64,000 nt of DNA from Rhodospirillales bacterium (lineage in GTDB: Bacteria; Pseudomonadota; Alphaproteobacteria; Rhodospirillales; Magnetospirillaceae): NCBI GenBank assembly GCA_014379805.1, contig JACMLB010000038.1, positions 17,477 through 81,476 of the forward strand. Reading direction: 5' to 3'. Below, one piece after another: positions 28,381 to 37,809 of the stretch. Numbering within the stretch: the stretch's first letter is position 1; every line of letters starts with the position of its first letter. The notes beneath the pieces were generated by a model. That model made no database searches and was not told where the DNA came from. It was given only the letters and a program-made list of their open reading frames with translations. A program made the translations under genes and the position numbers.

Positions 28381-29321
28381 GAGCGAGCATCCTCAGACTC
28401 GGTGTGCGCCACCCACACCCCATGGCGCCCCGCCTTTTCGATGGCGGCGACAAGGGTCACGACCTTGAGGGCGTGGCCGAAATTACAGATATGGTGCTGC
28501 GGCCCGTCCAGGAGGGCGCGGTGCTGCGCACGGTAGGTTTCATCCATGTCGAAGGGCGCCACGCCGATGTTTTCGCCCTGGCCGCGGGTCAGCGTCCCGG
28601 CTTCCAGATCGGCGATCAGGGTGGTCTCAGTGGTGGTGACGATCAGGCCGCGCCGGGGCTTGCGCTCTACATAGTTCAGGCTCAGGGAAACAGCGCGGCA
28701 GCGCTCGGTTTCAATCAGCGCCATCTGCACGTCGTCGGTCTCGATTTCCAGCGGCGACAGGCGCCCACCCACGGCGGCCACGCGGCGCCACGGGCCGAAC
28801 AGCCAGGTCAGATAGTCCAATTCATGGCTGAGATCGCGCAGCGCGCCGCCGCCATGGGCCTGCAGCGCCGAGGCGGTCTGGCGATAGTCGCGGCCGGGGC
28901 GCCAATCGGGCAGGTAGCTGCCGCAGAACACCTCAGCCGAGACCAAATTTTGCCCGGCGAGAAGCGCGTTCAAGGCAATCAGCACCGGGTGGAAGCGCAG
29001 ATTGTAGCCGACGAAGATATTGTCGCCCGAGATCTGCAACGGCGCCTCGCCCACGTCCCATAGCGGCTTTTCCACCAGGATGGGGCCGGTGAAGCCGCCC
29101 CGCCGGACAGCGTCCAGGGTGCGGCAATGGGCCGAGGTCTCGTTGGCAATGACCACGTAATCGGGGCGGAACTGGGCCAGCCCGTCGGCGATGGTGGCGT
29201 AGCTGGAGTCGTGGGCGCAGGGGCGGCGGCTGACGATGCCGATTGTGTGGCCCATTTCGGCCAGAAGCCGGGCGTGGCGCGTGCCGATGCTGCCGAAACC
29301 GACGACAAGCGCCCGTGTCAT
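28377..29321 (-). CDS. Gfo/Idh/MocA oxidoreductase (PtmF-like)
   Basis: GFGSIG, VEKP, GYNLRF, GGGALRDLSHELD. Start ATG 29321. Confidence 0.9.
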   Translation of the reverse strand: MTRALVVGFGSIGTRHARLLAEMGHTIGIVSRRPCAHDSSYATIADGLAQFRPDYVVIANETSAHCRTLDAVRRGGFTGPILVEKPLWDVGEAPLQISGDNIFVGYNLRFHPVLIALNALLAGQNLVSAEVFCGSYLPDWRPGRDYRQTASALQAHGGGALRDLSHELDYLTWLFGPWRRVAAVGGRLSPLEIETDDVQMALIETERCRAVSLSLNYVERKPRRGLIVTTTETTLIADLEAGTLTRGQGENIGVAPFDMDETYRAQHRALLDGPQHHICNFGHALKVVTLVAAIEKAGRHGVWVAHTESEDARS

Positions 29322-29341
29322 GCCGACTGCCCCATGTTTTT

Positions 29342-29456
29342 TCGGGCTATTGCCCGAGCCCATCTGGAGCGATGCTCCAGACCTCCTTTGATTCTATTGA
29401 ATAAAAAGAAGGAGGTTCGGAGGTTTCCTCCGAGCAGGGCCGGGGCAGCAGCCCCG
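29342..29456. repeat. Five-hairpin palindromic intergenic element (REP/MITE-like dimer)
   Basis: Stems at 29342-29357, 29363-29381, 29381-29416, 29417-29433 and 29441-29456, read directly from the sequence. Confidence 0.7.
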
Positions 29457-29478
29457 TAAGGGTGTTGGGTCGTGGACC

Positions 29479-30792
29479 TCATTTCGCGTGTTTCCACAAG
29501 AGCGGGGCAATGGGGCCGCTCTTGGGCCAATAAAGATGGCCGCGCTCGGGCTGGGGCAGGCTGTCCGGCTGCTCCAATGCCTGGCGGAAGGCGTCTTCCA
29601 GCTCGGCATCGGTGGTGCAGCGCAGGCGGCCGCGATTGGGGAACATGGTGCCTTCGCGCTCGCGGATTTCCGGCAGGTAAATGGCGGAATCGATCAGCGG
29701 CAAGCCGGCCAGATACATGTCGTCGATGACGCTGGTGCCGTTGGGGACCGAACAGACGATGGCATGGCGGGCCAGGGCCAACGGGTGGGCGAAGCTCAGG
29801 TGGACGTCCAGATTGGGGAACGCCGCAAGTTCGCGCTTCAGCTCGCCGATGTCGCAGATGACGTGGGGCTTGATCAGCACGCGCGCTTGCGGTGCGGCGC
29901 GCGAGATGGCGGCCAGGGTCCGCACCATCTGGTCACGGCAGGCGGTGGGGCCGTCCAGATCGGGCAGGTTAAGATTGCCGGGATAGAACAGCAGGATATT
30001 GGGCTTGGCCGCCACATCGATGGGCTTGCCGTCGATATCCATGATGCCGCGCTGGCTCAGGATGCCGTCCATGAAGGCCTGCCAGCGGGGGAACCAGCGC
30101 GAGGTGCCGATGACGGCCATGGGCGCATTGGTGACGCGGCGCTGCTCGCCCCGCTGCAGCGGGTGGAACAGCAGATGGCGGTCGGCCTGGAAGCGGTGGT
30201 GGATGGTGGACCGTTCTTGGGCCACCAGCGAGCGCAACAGCACCGACGACATGGGATAGGCGATGCCGGGAAAGCCGATCAGGGCGCCGCCGCCTGCCTT
30301 GACCGCCATGGCCAGCAGGCCCACCGGCCAGCGCGAAAAGTCCTTGCGGTAGAACAGCAAGGTGGGGCGTTTGCGGGCGGTCATCACTTCGCAGGCCAGA
30401 CGGCCCAGGTTGCGGACCCGCTCCAGCAGGCTGCTGGGCTTGGCGCCACCGAATGACAGGAAGCGGATGCGGCCCACCGCCTCCATGCCCGCCCACAGGA
30501 TGTAGTTTTCCCGCACCTTGGCCATGTGGTCGCGGCGCAGGAACATGAAGTCGATCTCGATCCCGGGGCATTCGCCCTTCAGCTCGAACATGACCGGCAG
30601 GATCATATCCAGCGAGATCAGCTTGTTCTCGCAGATGACCACGACCCGCTCGGGCTGCTTGGACAGGGGCGGCGCATAGCGCTCCGGCCACGCTGCGGTG
30701 GCGAAATCCCCGTGTCGGAAATGGGTCAGCGTGTCCTCGGCGACCGGTTCGGAAGTCTCCGCGCCGTAGAATTGAAGATCGCGTTCGGTCAT
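29479..30792 (-). CDS. Hypothetical GT-B-like protein
   Basis: Coding-like ORF with ATGA overlap to hisH; C-terminal LIKPHV...NGTSVIDDMYLAGLP. Confidence 0.6.
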   Translation of the reverse strand: MTERDLQFYGAETSEPVAEDTLTHFRHGDFATAAWPERYAPPLSKQPERVVVICENKLISLDMILPVMFELKGECPGIEIDFMFLRRDHMAKVRENYILWAGMEAVGRIRFLSFGGAKPSSLLERVRNLGRLACEVMTARKRPTLLFYRKDFSRWPVGLLAMAVKAGGGALIGFPGIAYPMSSVLLRSLVAQERSTIHHRFQADRHLLFHPLQRGEQRRVTNAPMAVIGTSRWFPRWQAFMDGILSQRGIMDIDGKPIDVAAKPNILLFYPGNLNLPDLDGPTACRDQMVRTLAAISRAAPQARVLIKPHVICDIGELKRELAAFPNLDVHLSFAHPLALARHAIVCSVPNGTSVIDDMYLAGLPLIDSAIYLPEIREREGTMFPNRGRLRCTTDAELEDAFRQALEQPDSLPQPERGHLYWPKSGPIAPLLWKHAK

Positions 30793-31427
30793 TGCTTCAG
30801 GAAATTCTCAAGGATGCGCAGGCCGACAGGGCCGCTTTTTTCCGGGTGGAACTGACAGCCGTTCAGCGCGCCCTTGCGGATGACCGCGGCGATGGGGTGG
30901 CCGTCATAATCGCAATCGGCCAGACGGTGCGCCGGATCCACGGGCGTCGCCATGAACGAATGGACGAAATAGGCGGCGCTGCCCACGGGAATGCCGTCCA
31001 GGATGGTGCCGGCCCAATCGTTCTCGACCGGGCTCAGGCTGTTCCAGCCGATATGGGGGATCTTGTGCGGGCGGCCGTCGGTGCCCACCGGCGGTATGGC
31101 GACCACTTTGCCGGGGACCAGCCCCAGACCCTCATTGCTGCCGAACTCGTCGCTGGTCTGCAGCATCATCTGCATGCCCAGGCAAATGCCCAGGAAGGGG
31201 CGTTCGGTTTCGGCAAAGCGACGCACGGCGTCGATCAGGCCGGCTTGGGCCAACCCGTTCATGCCATCGCCAAAGGCGCCGACGCCGGGCAGCACCAGCC
31301 GCTCGGCTGACGCCAAATCGGCGGGGTTGGAGGTCTGGATGGGGTTGGCGCCCACATGGAGCAACGCGCGGGTAACGCTGAGAAGGTTGCCCACGCCGTA
31401 ATCGACCACAACGACGTCAGCACTCAT
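30789..31427 (-). CDS. hisH: HisH-like glutaminase subunit (glycan amidotransferase partner)
   Basis: DYGVGN, LPGVGAF, GICLGMQ, PHIGWN, YFVHSF, QFHPEKS. Start ATG 31427. Confidence 0.92.
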   Translation of the reverse strand: MSADVVVVDYGVGNLLSVTRALLHVGANPIQTSNPADLASAERLVLPGVGAFGDGMNGLAQAGLIDAVRRFAETERPFLGICLGMQMMLQTSDEFGSNEGLGLVPGKVVAIPPVGTDGRPHKIPHIGWNSLSPVENDWAGTILDGIPVGSAAYFVHSFMATPVDPAHRLADCDYDGHPIAAVIRKGALNGCQFHPEKSGPVGLRILENFLKQ

Positions 31428-32188
31428 ATCAGGCTCCTTACCGGCAGCCCGGCTGTGCGCGCCGTCTCCCGGATCTCCCGCAAGCCCATGCGGTTGTAGT
31501 GAAGGATGTCGGCCATGGCGACCGCATTGGCCTCGCCGTCCTGCGCCACCTTGATCAAATGGTCGGCCTCGCCCATGCCGCCGCTGGCGATCACCGGCAC
31601 CGGCACCGCCGTCGAGACGGCGCGCACCAGTTCCACGTCGAAGCCCTTGCGGGTGCCTTCCTGATCCACCGAGGTCAGCAGGATTTCGCCGATGCCCAGG
31701 GAGGTGGCTTGGTGAACCCAATCGATGACGTTGCGGCCCGTGCGCTCGCGCCCGTTATCGGTCAGGCATTCCCAGCCACCGCCGGGCAGGCGCTTGGCCT
31801 CCACCGACAGAACCAGGCATTGCGAACCGAAGCGGTTGGCGATTTCGGTCAGCAGTTCGGGCCGGGCAAGGGCCGCCGTATTGACGGCCACTTTGTCGGC
31901 GCCGCACCTCAGCAGGGTGCGCACGTCGTCGGCACTGCGCACGCCGCCGCCCACGGTCAGGGGGATGAACACGTTCTCGGCGGTGGCGCGGACGATCTCC
32001 GTCAGGCTGTTGCGGCCATACAGGCTGGCCACCACGTCCATATAGATCAACTCGTCCGCGCCCGCCTCGTAATAGCGCAGCGCGTGTTCCTGCGGATTGC
32101 CGATCACCCGCAACCCCTCAAGGCGGATACCCTTGATGAGGTTGGGGCCCTTGATGTCCAGGCGGGCAATCAGGCGAAGGTTAGCCAT
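31424..32188 (-). CDS. hisF: HisF-like cyclase subunit (glycan amidotransferase partner)
   Basis: IARLDIK, GADEL, PLTVGGGV, GADKVAVNT, ILLTSVDQEGT, PVIASGG. Confidence 0.92.
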   Translation of the reverse strand: MANLRLIARLDIKGPNLIKGIRLEGLRVIGNPQEHALRYYEAGADELIYMDVVASLYGRNSLTEIVRATAENVFIPLTVGGGVRSADDVRTLLRCGADKVAVNTAALARPELLTEIANRFGSQCLVLSVEAKRLPGGGWECLTDNGRERTGRNVIDWVHQATSLGIGEILLTSVDQEGTRKGFDVELVRAVSTAVPVPVIASGGMGEADHLIKVAQDGEANAVAMADILHYNRMGLREIRETARTAGLPVRSLI

Positions 32189-32203
32189 GATCCTGTCCGA
32201 TCA

Positions 32204-33523
32204 TCAGACGTTTGCGACCGTTCCCTGCCGAAGACGCCATTCGCCGTTTTCGCGCACCCACAGATGGGGCGAGCGGAAGCGGTCGGCGACCTGCATGAAA
32301 TAGTCCCGGCTCATGGTCGGCTGTTCGAACATCTTGGACGCCACCGGGAACTTGTCTGCGGGGATGGACAGGTACTTCCACAACTCGTCTTCGAAGCGGG
32401 TCGGGAATTCGCCGTCGAACCGCTTGACCAGGGCCACGCCCTCTTCACGGGTGATTTCGCCCGAGCGGATTTCCTGGGACGCGTCATAGGTGGCGCGGCC
32501 GATGCCGAACTTGATGTAGGTGCAGTAGTAGTGCAGATCGTCGATCTTATCGTCGATGCTGTTGTACTTGCTGTACGTCCCCGGGGTGCGCTCGGGGCTG
32601 GCTTCGAAGTCGCAATGCTGGACCGAGTAGTAATACGCGCCCTGCGGATGCCACTTCAGGTAATAGCCGAGATAGTGGACCTCGGCCTTGACCTGCTCCA
32701 GCTCGGCCGGATCGGCGGGCAGATAGGGGGCCAGATCGACCATTTCCAGGCCGAAATGCTTCTGCAGATCGGACACCGAGGTGCCGCCCAGGAAGACCTG
32801 CGACTTGTCGGCGGTGGCGAAGTAATCCCAGCGGCGGCGGGCCGAATTGGTGTCGGCCTGGGGATTGCCGTACTCGGCCTCGTTCTCGCCGTAGAACACC
32901 AGCGGGATGTTGAAGCGGGCGGCCATCTTGGGCGCCAGATTCTTCTGACCGAAGATGAACGGCTGGAACGGGTGGAACAGGTTTTCGATGGCCAGACGGG
33001 TCAGCAGGCGGTGAACCATGCCGTTGGGCGTGACCAGAATATTGTCGAAACCGGCATCGATCCAGGCGCGATGGTTGCGCCAGCCCCAATCGGTGTACAG
33101 ATGGGGTGACCACGTCACGGTCAGCGGATGCATGCCGTATTCGTATTTCAGCTTATGCGCCGCGTAGATGCTGTCCTTGCCGCCCGAACCGGGGACCAGG
33201 CAGTCATAGTGACCGTCATGGCGGCGATAGCGGTCGCACAATTCGCGCAACTCGCGGTCGCGGGCCTCCCAGTCGATGCCGGCGCGCTTGCGCTCGGCGA
33301 CGCGGCAGGCGTCGCACACGCCCTCTTCGTCGAAATGGATGGTGCTCTTTTTGCTCTGACTGGTGTGGGCGAACTCCACGGCCGAGTTGGGCCGCTGGTT
33401 GGAGATCACGCAAGTGCGGCAATAGCAGACCTGTTCCGGAAGGCCATAGAACGCGTCGGAGCTGTTGGTCTCCTGGGCGTAGCGCGCACCGTCAACTTGG
33501 AAACTTCCCTTATAGCGTTCCAT
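32204..33523 (-). CDS. N-acetyl sugar amidotransferase (WbuX/PseA/PtmG-like)
   Basis: N-terminal CRTC...CDAC, PP-loop PGSGGKDS, KFGIGRA, EIRSGEITREE; adjacent hisF/hisH. Confidence 0.9.
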   Translation of the reverse strand: MERYKGSFQVDGARYAQETNSSDAFYGLPEQVCYCRTCVISNQRPNSAVEFAHTSQSKKSTIHFDEEGVCDACRVAERKRAGIDWEARDRELRELCDRYRRHDGHYDCLVPGSGGKDSIYAAHKLKYEYGMHPLTVTWSPHLYTDWGWRNHRAWIDAGFDNILVTPNGMVHRLLTRLAIENLFHPFQPFIFGQKNLAPKMAARFNIPLVFYGENEAEYGNPQADTNSARRRWDYFATADKSQVFLGGTSVSDLQKHFGLEMVDLAPYLPADPAELEQVKAEVHYLGYYLKWHPQGAYYYSVQHCDFEASPERTPGTYSKYNSIDDKIDDLHYYCTYIKFGIGRATYDASQEIRSGEITREEGVALVKRFDGEFPTRFEDELWKYLSIPADKFPVASKMFEQPTMSRDYFMQVADRFRSPHLWVRENGEWRLRQGTVANV

Positions 33524-34214
33524 TGTTCCTCTGAGAAAAAAGAGCCTCGGCGATGATCATATCCATCTCGGTGTCCACGTCCACAGATCGTTCACGTGGC
33601 ATCACGTGGCAGAGCGTGCTGTCGGACAGAAAACTCGAGCGACCGGCGATCCAGTCGCGCCTTGCTACATAAACCGCACCATTCAAGGCGTAGGCTTGCG
33701 GAAGTTCTTGCCGCCGTTTGGCCTGGGCCGCAGCCGGCAGCACCGGATCCATGCCGCCCGCCGCGTCGCGGTAGAACATCCAGAACGGACTTTTATCAGA
33801 TGGCGTGACGGTAACGCCAGCCGGAGCGCCGGCGGCGACGCAGGCTTCCAGCAGGGCGTCGATGTCACCCGCCAGCCGCAAGGGTGAGGTCGCCTGCAGC
33901 AGCACGACCCAATCGAAACCATCGCCGCATTCCGCGATGGCATGGTGTACCACGTCCATCATGGAGGCGTCGTCGCTTGCCAGATGGGGCGGGCGCAGGA
34001 ACGGAATTTCGCAGCCATGGGTGCGCGCCATCTCGGCGATCTCGGCATCGTCGGTGGTCAGGATCAGGCGGTCCACATGGGCGGATTGCCGGGCTGCCTG
34101 CACCGTCCAGGCAATCATGGGCTGCCCGCCCACCGGGCGGACATTCTTGCGCGGAACACCCTTCGAGCCACCGCGCGCAGCGGCAATGGCCAGGACAGAT
34201 TGGCCCGCGATCAT
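33510..34214 (-). CDS. neuA: CMP-nonulosonate synthetase (acylneuraminate cytidylyltransferase)
   Basis: ARGGSKGVPRKN, LQATSPLR, RRQEL, NGAVY, SVDVD. Confidence 0.9.
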   Translation of the reverse strand: MIAGQSVLAIAAARGGSKGVPRKNVRPVGGQPMIAWTVQAARQSAHVDRLILTTDDAEIAEMARTHGCEIPFLRPPHLASDDASMMDVVHHAIAECGDGFDWVVLLQATSPLRLAGDIDALLEACVAAGAPAGVTVTPSDKSPFWMFYRDAAGGMDPVLPAAAQAKRRQELPQAYALNGAVYVARRDWIAGRSSFLSDSTLCHVMPRERSVDVDTEMDMIIAEALFSQRNNGTL

Positions 34215-34218
34215 GGCG

Positions 34219-35268
34219 TCACCCGAATACCGTGGAGAATTCTTCGTTGGCCCGCGCGAAATCCTCGGCCTTGCCGATATCCAGCCAATATTCGCGGATC
34301 GGGTAAACGTGCACCTTGCCGTTTTCGCGGGTCATGCTGTCGAACAGATCGGTCATGTTCAACGTCTCGCTGGGCCGCAGGTGGTCCAGGATTTCCGGGC
34401 TCAGGGCATAAATGCCGGCATTGATGAAGAAGCGGTGGACCGGCTTCTCGGCCACGGCGAAGAATTTGTTCCCTTCGCATTTCACCACCCCATAGGGCAC
34501 CTGGAAGTCGTGCTCGCGCACGCACATGGTGGCCATGGACTCCTGTTCCTTGTGGAACCGCAGCAGCTCGGTGAATTTCACGTTGGTCAGGATGTCGCCG
34601 TTCATCACCAGGAACGGCTTTTCGGGCCGGGCTGGCAGCAGCGACAACGCGCCGGCGGTGCCCAATTGGTCCTGTTCGCGCAGATACTGGATTTCAGCGC
34701 CGAAGCGGCGGCCGTCGCCGAAATGGTTGATGATCTTGTCGGCCATGTAATTGACCGAGATGAAGAAGCGGCTGAACCCTTGGGCGACGAAATGCTGGAT
34801 GATGGTTTCCAGGATGGGCTGACCGCCCACGTCCAACAGCGGCTTGGGCTTTTCGTGGGTCAGCGGCCGCAGCCGGCTGCCCAGGCCGCCGGCCATCAGC
34901 ACGATCCAATTGTCATGGGTTTCGCGGACCAGCAGGTCGTTCAGGGTTTCCAGCCCGACGACCCGGCGCTCGTGATCGACCGACGGCACATGGCGCAGCA
35001 CGTATTTCTGCATGAGCGCCAGCACGGTTTCGCGATCGGCGCCGCAATCCACCACCTTGGGATCGCGATTCATGATCTCGGTCACCGGCAGATCCAGCGA
35101 CAGGCTGTGCAGAATGGCACGCCGCAAATCGCCATCGGTGACGACGCCCAGCAGGCGTTGGTCTTCGTCCACCACGATGGTGATCTGCGCCCCGCCCTGA
35201 TCGATGATCTCCGCCGCATGACGGATGGTCACCGTGGGGGGGACAAGAATGCTGCGCCAGTTGATCAT
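34219..35268 (-). CDS. CBS-domain nucleotidyltransferase (PtmE-like)
   Basis: Tandem CBS (TDGDLRR) plus MAGGLGSRLRPLT..PKPLL, GTAGAL, NGDIL, WLDIG. Confidence 0.92.
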   Translation of the reverse strand: MINWRSILVPPTVTIRHAAEIIDQGGAQITIVVDEDQRLLGVVTDGDLRRAILHSLSLDLPVTEIMNRDPKVVDCGADRETVLALMQKYVLRHVPSVDHERRVVGLETLNDLLVRETHDNWIVLMAGGLGSRLRPLTHEKPKPLLDVGGQPILETIIQHFVAQGFSRFFISVNYMADKIINHFGDGRRFGAEIQYLREQDQLGTAGALSLLPARPEKPFLVMNGDILTNVKFTELLRFHKEQESMATMCVREHDFQVPYGVVKCEGNKFFAVAEKPVHRFFINAGIYALSPEILDHLRPSETLNMTDLFDSMTRENGKVHVYPIREYWLDIGKAEDFARANEEFSTVFG

Positions 35269-35345
35269 GAGCTTTTCTTAAATCCGAGCGCCGCAAGACG
35301 GCATTGTCGTTTTGTCGTCGCGGCTGGGTGCGCGAAGCAAGCGTC

Positions 35346-36452
35346 CTACTCTATTTGGATGGCAACCTCAACCGATCCGGCATCGGTCAGGGCCCTGACC
35401 GAATGCTGCAACCGGATTTGGCTGGGCGGAGACTGGCGTGTCAGAGCCGATCGCCGGTTGCCGAAATTGTTGAACATGGGCGGGACGGCAAGCTTCATCT
35501 CGGGCTGCAGCATGTAGGAAACGTAGTCCACCAGCAATGCCAGCTTGGCCTTGCCGGGGAAATTGGGCAGCGACCACGACCGGTCGGTGACGCCCGTATA
35601 AAGCCGCAGCAGTTCGCGCGCCTCGTCCGGGTTCAGCAGTCCCTGGCTGCGGCCGAAATCGGCCAGCTCCACGGCGTAATCCAGATAGAGGTAACGCACC
35701 GCCAGGGACATCAGCTTCAGCAGCTTGATGCGCGCCAGCTCGGGCTTGTCCGCAAGGTGGCTGCGATAATAGGAATAGAAATCGCGCAGATACAGCACAT
35801 AGGCCGCGTCGATGGCGCCCTTCTTGCCGCCGAAACGCTGCCCGACACAGCGCGCCTGACGCGAGGTCTGAATGTCGAACAGCATGAAGCCCTTGCCGCG
35901 CAGGAAGGCGTCAAGGTCGCTGAATTGGGTGGCCTCGGGCGACAGATGGACGAATTTGATTTCCGACACCACGGCCAGGGCGGACGCGGCGATCACGTCC
36001 TGGCCGCCCAGCAGCACCTGCAATTCGGTGCCTTCGGTGTCCAGCTTGATGAAGTCCGGCGTCGCCCGGCCCGGCTCGGCGCAGAAGGCGTCCATGCGCT
36101 CGCAGGTGACGGTGACCACCTGGCACTGGGCCTTGCCGTCCTCAAGTACCAGCGTGTTGCGGTTCAGCGAGGAATTGGTCGGCACATCGGCATAGACGTG
36201 GAAATCGGCGGTACCGGCATGGTCGGTCAGGGCCAGCTCGTGCAGTTCCACATTGGTCTGGCCGGCAGAGATCTGGCGCAGCTTGGCGAAGCTGGCCGGG
36301 GTCGGCTCGAAGCCGTAGGCGCGCCACAGATCGGCCGGGGTATCGCGGTACAGCGGATAGATGCCGCCGGCGGCGCCCACATCGTGAATGACCAACGGAT
36401 CGCGGCGGAATTCCGAATGGAAGCGGGGCGTCAGAAAGGGGTCCAGCTTCAT
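35346..36452 (-). CDS. FkbM family methyltransferase
   Basis: DVGAAGG, FEP, IKLDTEGTELQVL. Confidence 0.85.
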   Translation of the reverse strand: MKLDPFLTPRFHSEFRRDPLVIHDVGAAGGIYPLYRDTPADLWRAYGFEPTPASFAKLRQISAGQTNVELHELALTDHAGTADFHVYADVPTNSSLNRNTLVLEDGKAQCQVVTVTCERMDAFCAEPGRATPDFIKLDTEGTELQVLLGGQDVIAASALAVVSEIKFVHLSPEATQFSDLDAFLRGKGFMLFDIQTSRQARCVGQRFGGKKGAIDAAYVLYLRDFYSYYRSHLADKPELARIKLLKLMSLAVRYLYLDYAVELADFGRSQGLLNPDEARELLRLYTGVTDRSWSLPNFPGKAKLALLVDYVSYMLQPEMKLAVPPMFNNFGNRRSALTRQSPPSQIRLQHSVRALTDAGSVEVAIQIE

Positions 36453-37147
36453 GGCGTTTGACCACGCGCGACCAGGAATTCAGCGAAGGCAAGATCCATA
36501 GCGTCGTCGATATCCAATGCACGCTCCTTGGGAACCACCACAGCCTTGACCGCGCCGGGGAACAGATCGTCGGCGGACAGGATGAAGTCGGGACGGACGG
36601 CGTAGGCCACCGTAGTCAGATCGAACATTTCCGGGGCGTCTTGGCGCCGGCTGATGACATAACCGGCATCCAGTGCCACGGCGATTTTGCCCGTTTCGTC
36701 CTGGCGGACCATGTTGAAATACGGGTTGCGCGCCGACGGGGTCATGGTGACCACACCGTCGCAATCGCCGCCCTGCAAGGTCTGGATACAGGCGGTCAGA
36801 TCTTCCGGGGCGCGCAGGGGCGAGGTCACCGGCACTGCCAGGAAGACGTCGAACGGGCCGCTGTGCTCTTGCACGTATTTGACCGCGTGGCGCCATGCCA
36901 GCCATTCCGGCGACTGGTCCTGGGCCAATTCGGCGGGGCGCAGGAAGGGAACCTCGGCACCGAAGGCGCGGGCGGTGGCGGCGATTTCTTCGTCGTCGGT
37001 CGAGACGATGACGCGATCCACCTGGGGGCAGGCGCGGGCGCAGTCGATGGCCCATGCCAGCAGGGGCTTGCCGCCCAAGGGACGCAAGTTCTTCCTCGGC
37101 AGACCTTTCGATCCGCCGCGTGCGAAAATAAAGGCGATGACGCTCAC
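36449..37147 (-). CDS. neuA: CMP-nonulosonate synthetase (second paralog)
   Basis: FARGGSKGLPRKN, STDD, TSPLR, RRQDAP, LDIDD. GTG start 37147 (GTGA overlap). Confidence 0.9.
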   Translation of the reverse strand: MSVIAFIFARGGSKGLPRKNLRPLGGKPLLAWAIDCARACPQVDRVIVSTDDEEIAATARAFGAEVPFLRPAELAQDQSPEWLAWRHAVKYVQEHSGPFDVFLAVPVTSPLRAPEDLTACIQTLQGGDCDGVVTMTPSARNPYFNMVRQDETGKIAVALDAGYVISRRQDAPEMFDLTTVAYAVRPDFILSADDLFPGAVKAVVVPKERALDIDDAMDLAFAEFLVARGQTP

Positions 37148-37809
37148 TGTCCGTCTCTCCCCGGGTGCGGTGCCTGCTTCCGCCGGACCACGGCACCAGC
37201 GGGGACGCGGTCCCCGGTAATGACGTCGCGGCAGATGGTGGCGCCCGCACCGATCAAGACCTCGCTGCCGATGCTGACGCCCTGGATGACCACGGCGCCG
37301 GTGCCGATATGGCTGCGCTCTCCGACGCAGACGGCGCCGCACAGAACGGCCCCAGGTGCGACGTGCGAATAATCCCCGATGCGGCAATCATGGTCAAGGG
37401 ACGAGGCGGTATTGACGATGGTGTTGCGGCCGATGACGCAACCGCTTTGCACCACGGCGCCGGCCATTATCTGGGCGCCTTCGTGCACGGAGCAGTCGCC
37501 GCCGATGATGGCCGACGGATGGATCACGGTGGCGAAGCGCCAGCCATCGCGGCTGTATTCATCGAACAATCGGTCGCGAATGTCCGAGCGCCCGGTGGAG
37601 CCGATGCCGTTGGCCAGCAGGTATGCGGCGGGGTCCAGGGCGGACAATGCCCCGTCATTGCCCAAAGACGTCACGCCCAGCGGACCCACCATGCCCTTGG
37701 GCAATTCGGGGGCGCACAGCCCGGCGATTTCCACTCCGGCGCGCTGCAGGGCATCGATGACGACGCGGGCGTGGCCGCCCGCTCCCAGGACGATTACGGC
37801 AACAGACAT
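37144..37809 (-). CDS. neuD: NeuD/PglD hexapeptide acetyltransferase
   Basis: LGAGGHA, IHPSA, NTASSLDHDC, hexapeptide repeats. Confidence 0.9.
   Translation of the reverse strand: MSVAVIVLGAGGHARVVIDALQRAGVEIAGLCAPELPKGMVGPLGVTSLGNDGALSALDPAAYLLANGIGSTGRSDIRDRLFDEYSRDGWRFATVIHPSAIIGGDCSVHEGAQIMAGAVVQSGCVIGRNTIVNTASSLDHDCRIGDYSHVAPGAVLCGAVCVGERSHIGTGAVVIQGVSIGSEVLIGAGATICRDVITGDRVPAGAVVRRKQAPHPGRDGQ

Noticed and set aside
30789-32188. Histidine biosynthesis operon
   Set aside because: No other his genes are present; adjacency to an N-acetyl sugar amidotransferase is the known glycan-modifying arrangement.
33480-33830. Apparently AT-richer patches (also near 25080-25260, 26380-26760, 52040-52210) as signs of recent transfer
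   Set aside because: Impression only; GC content could not be computed, the ORFs are intact and no mobility genes are present.
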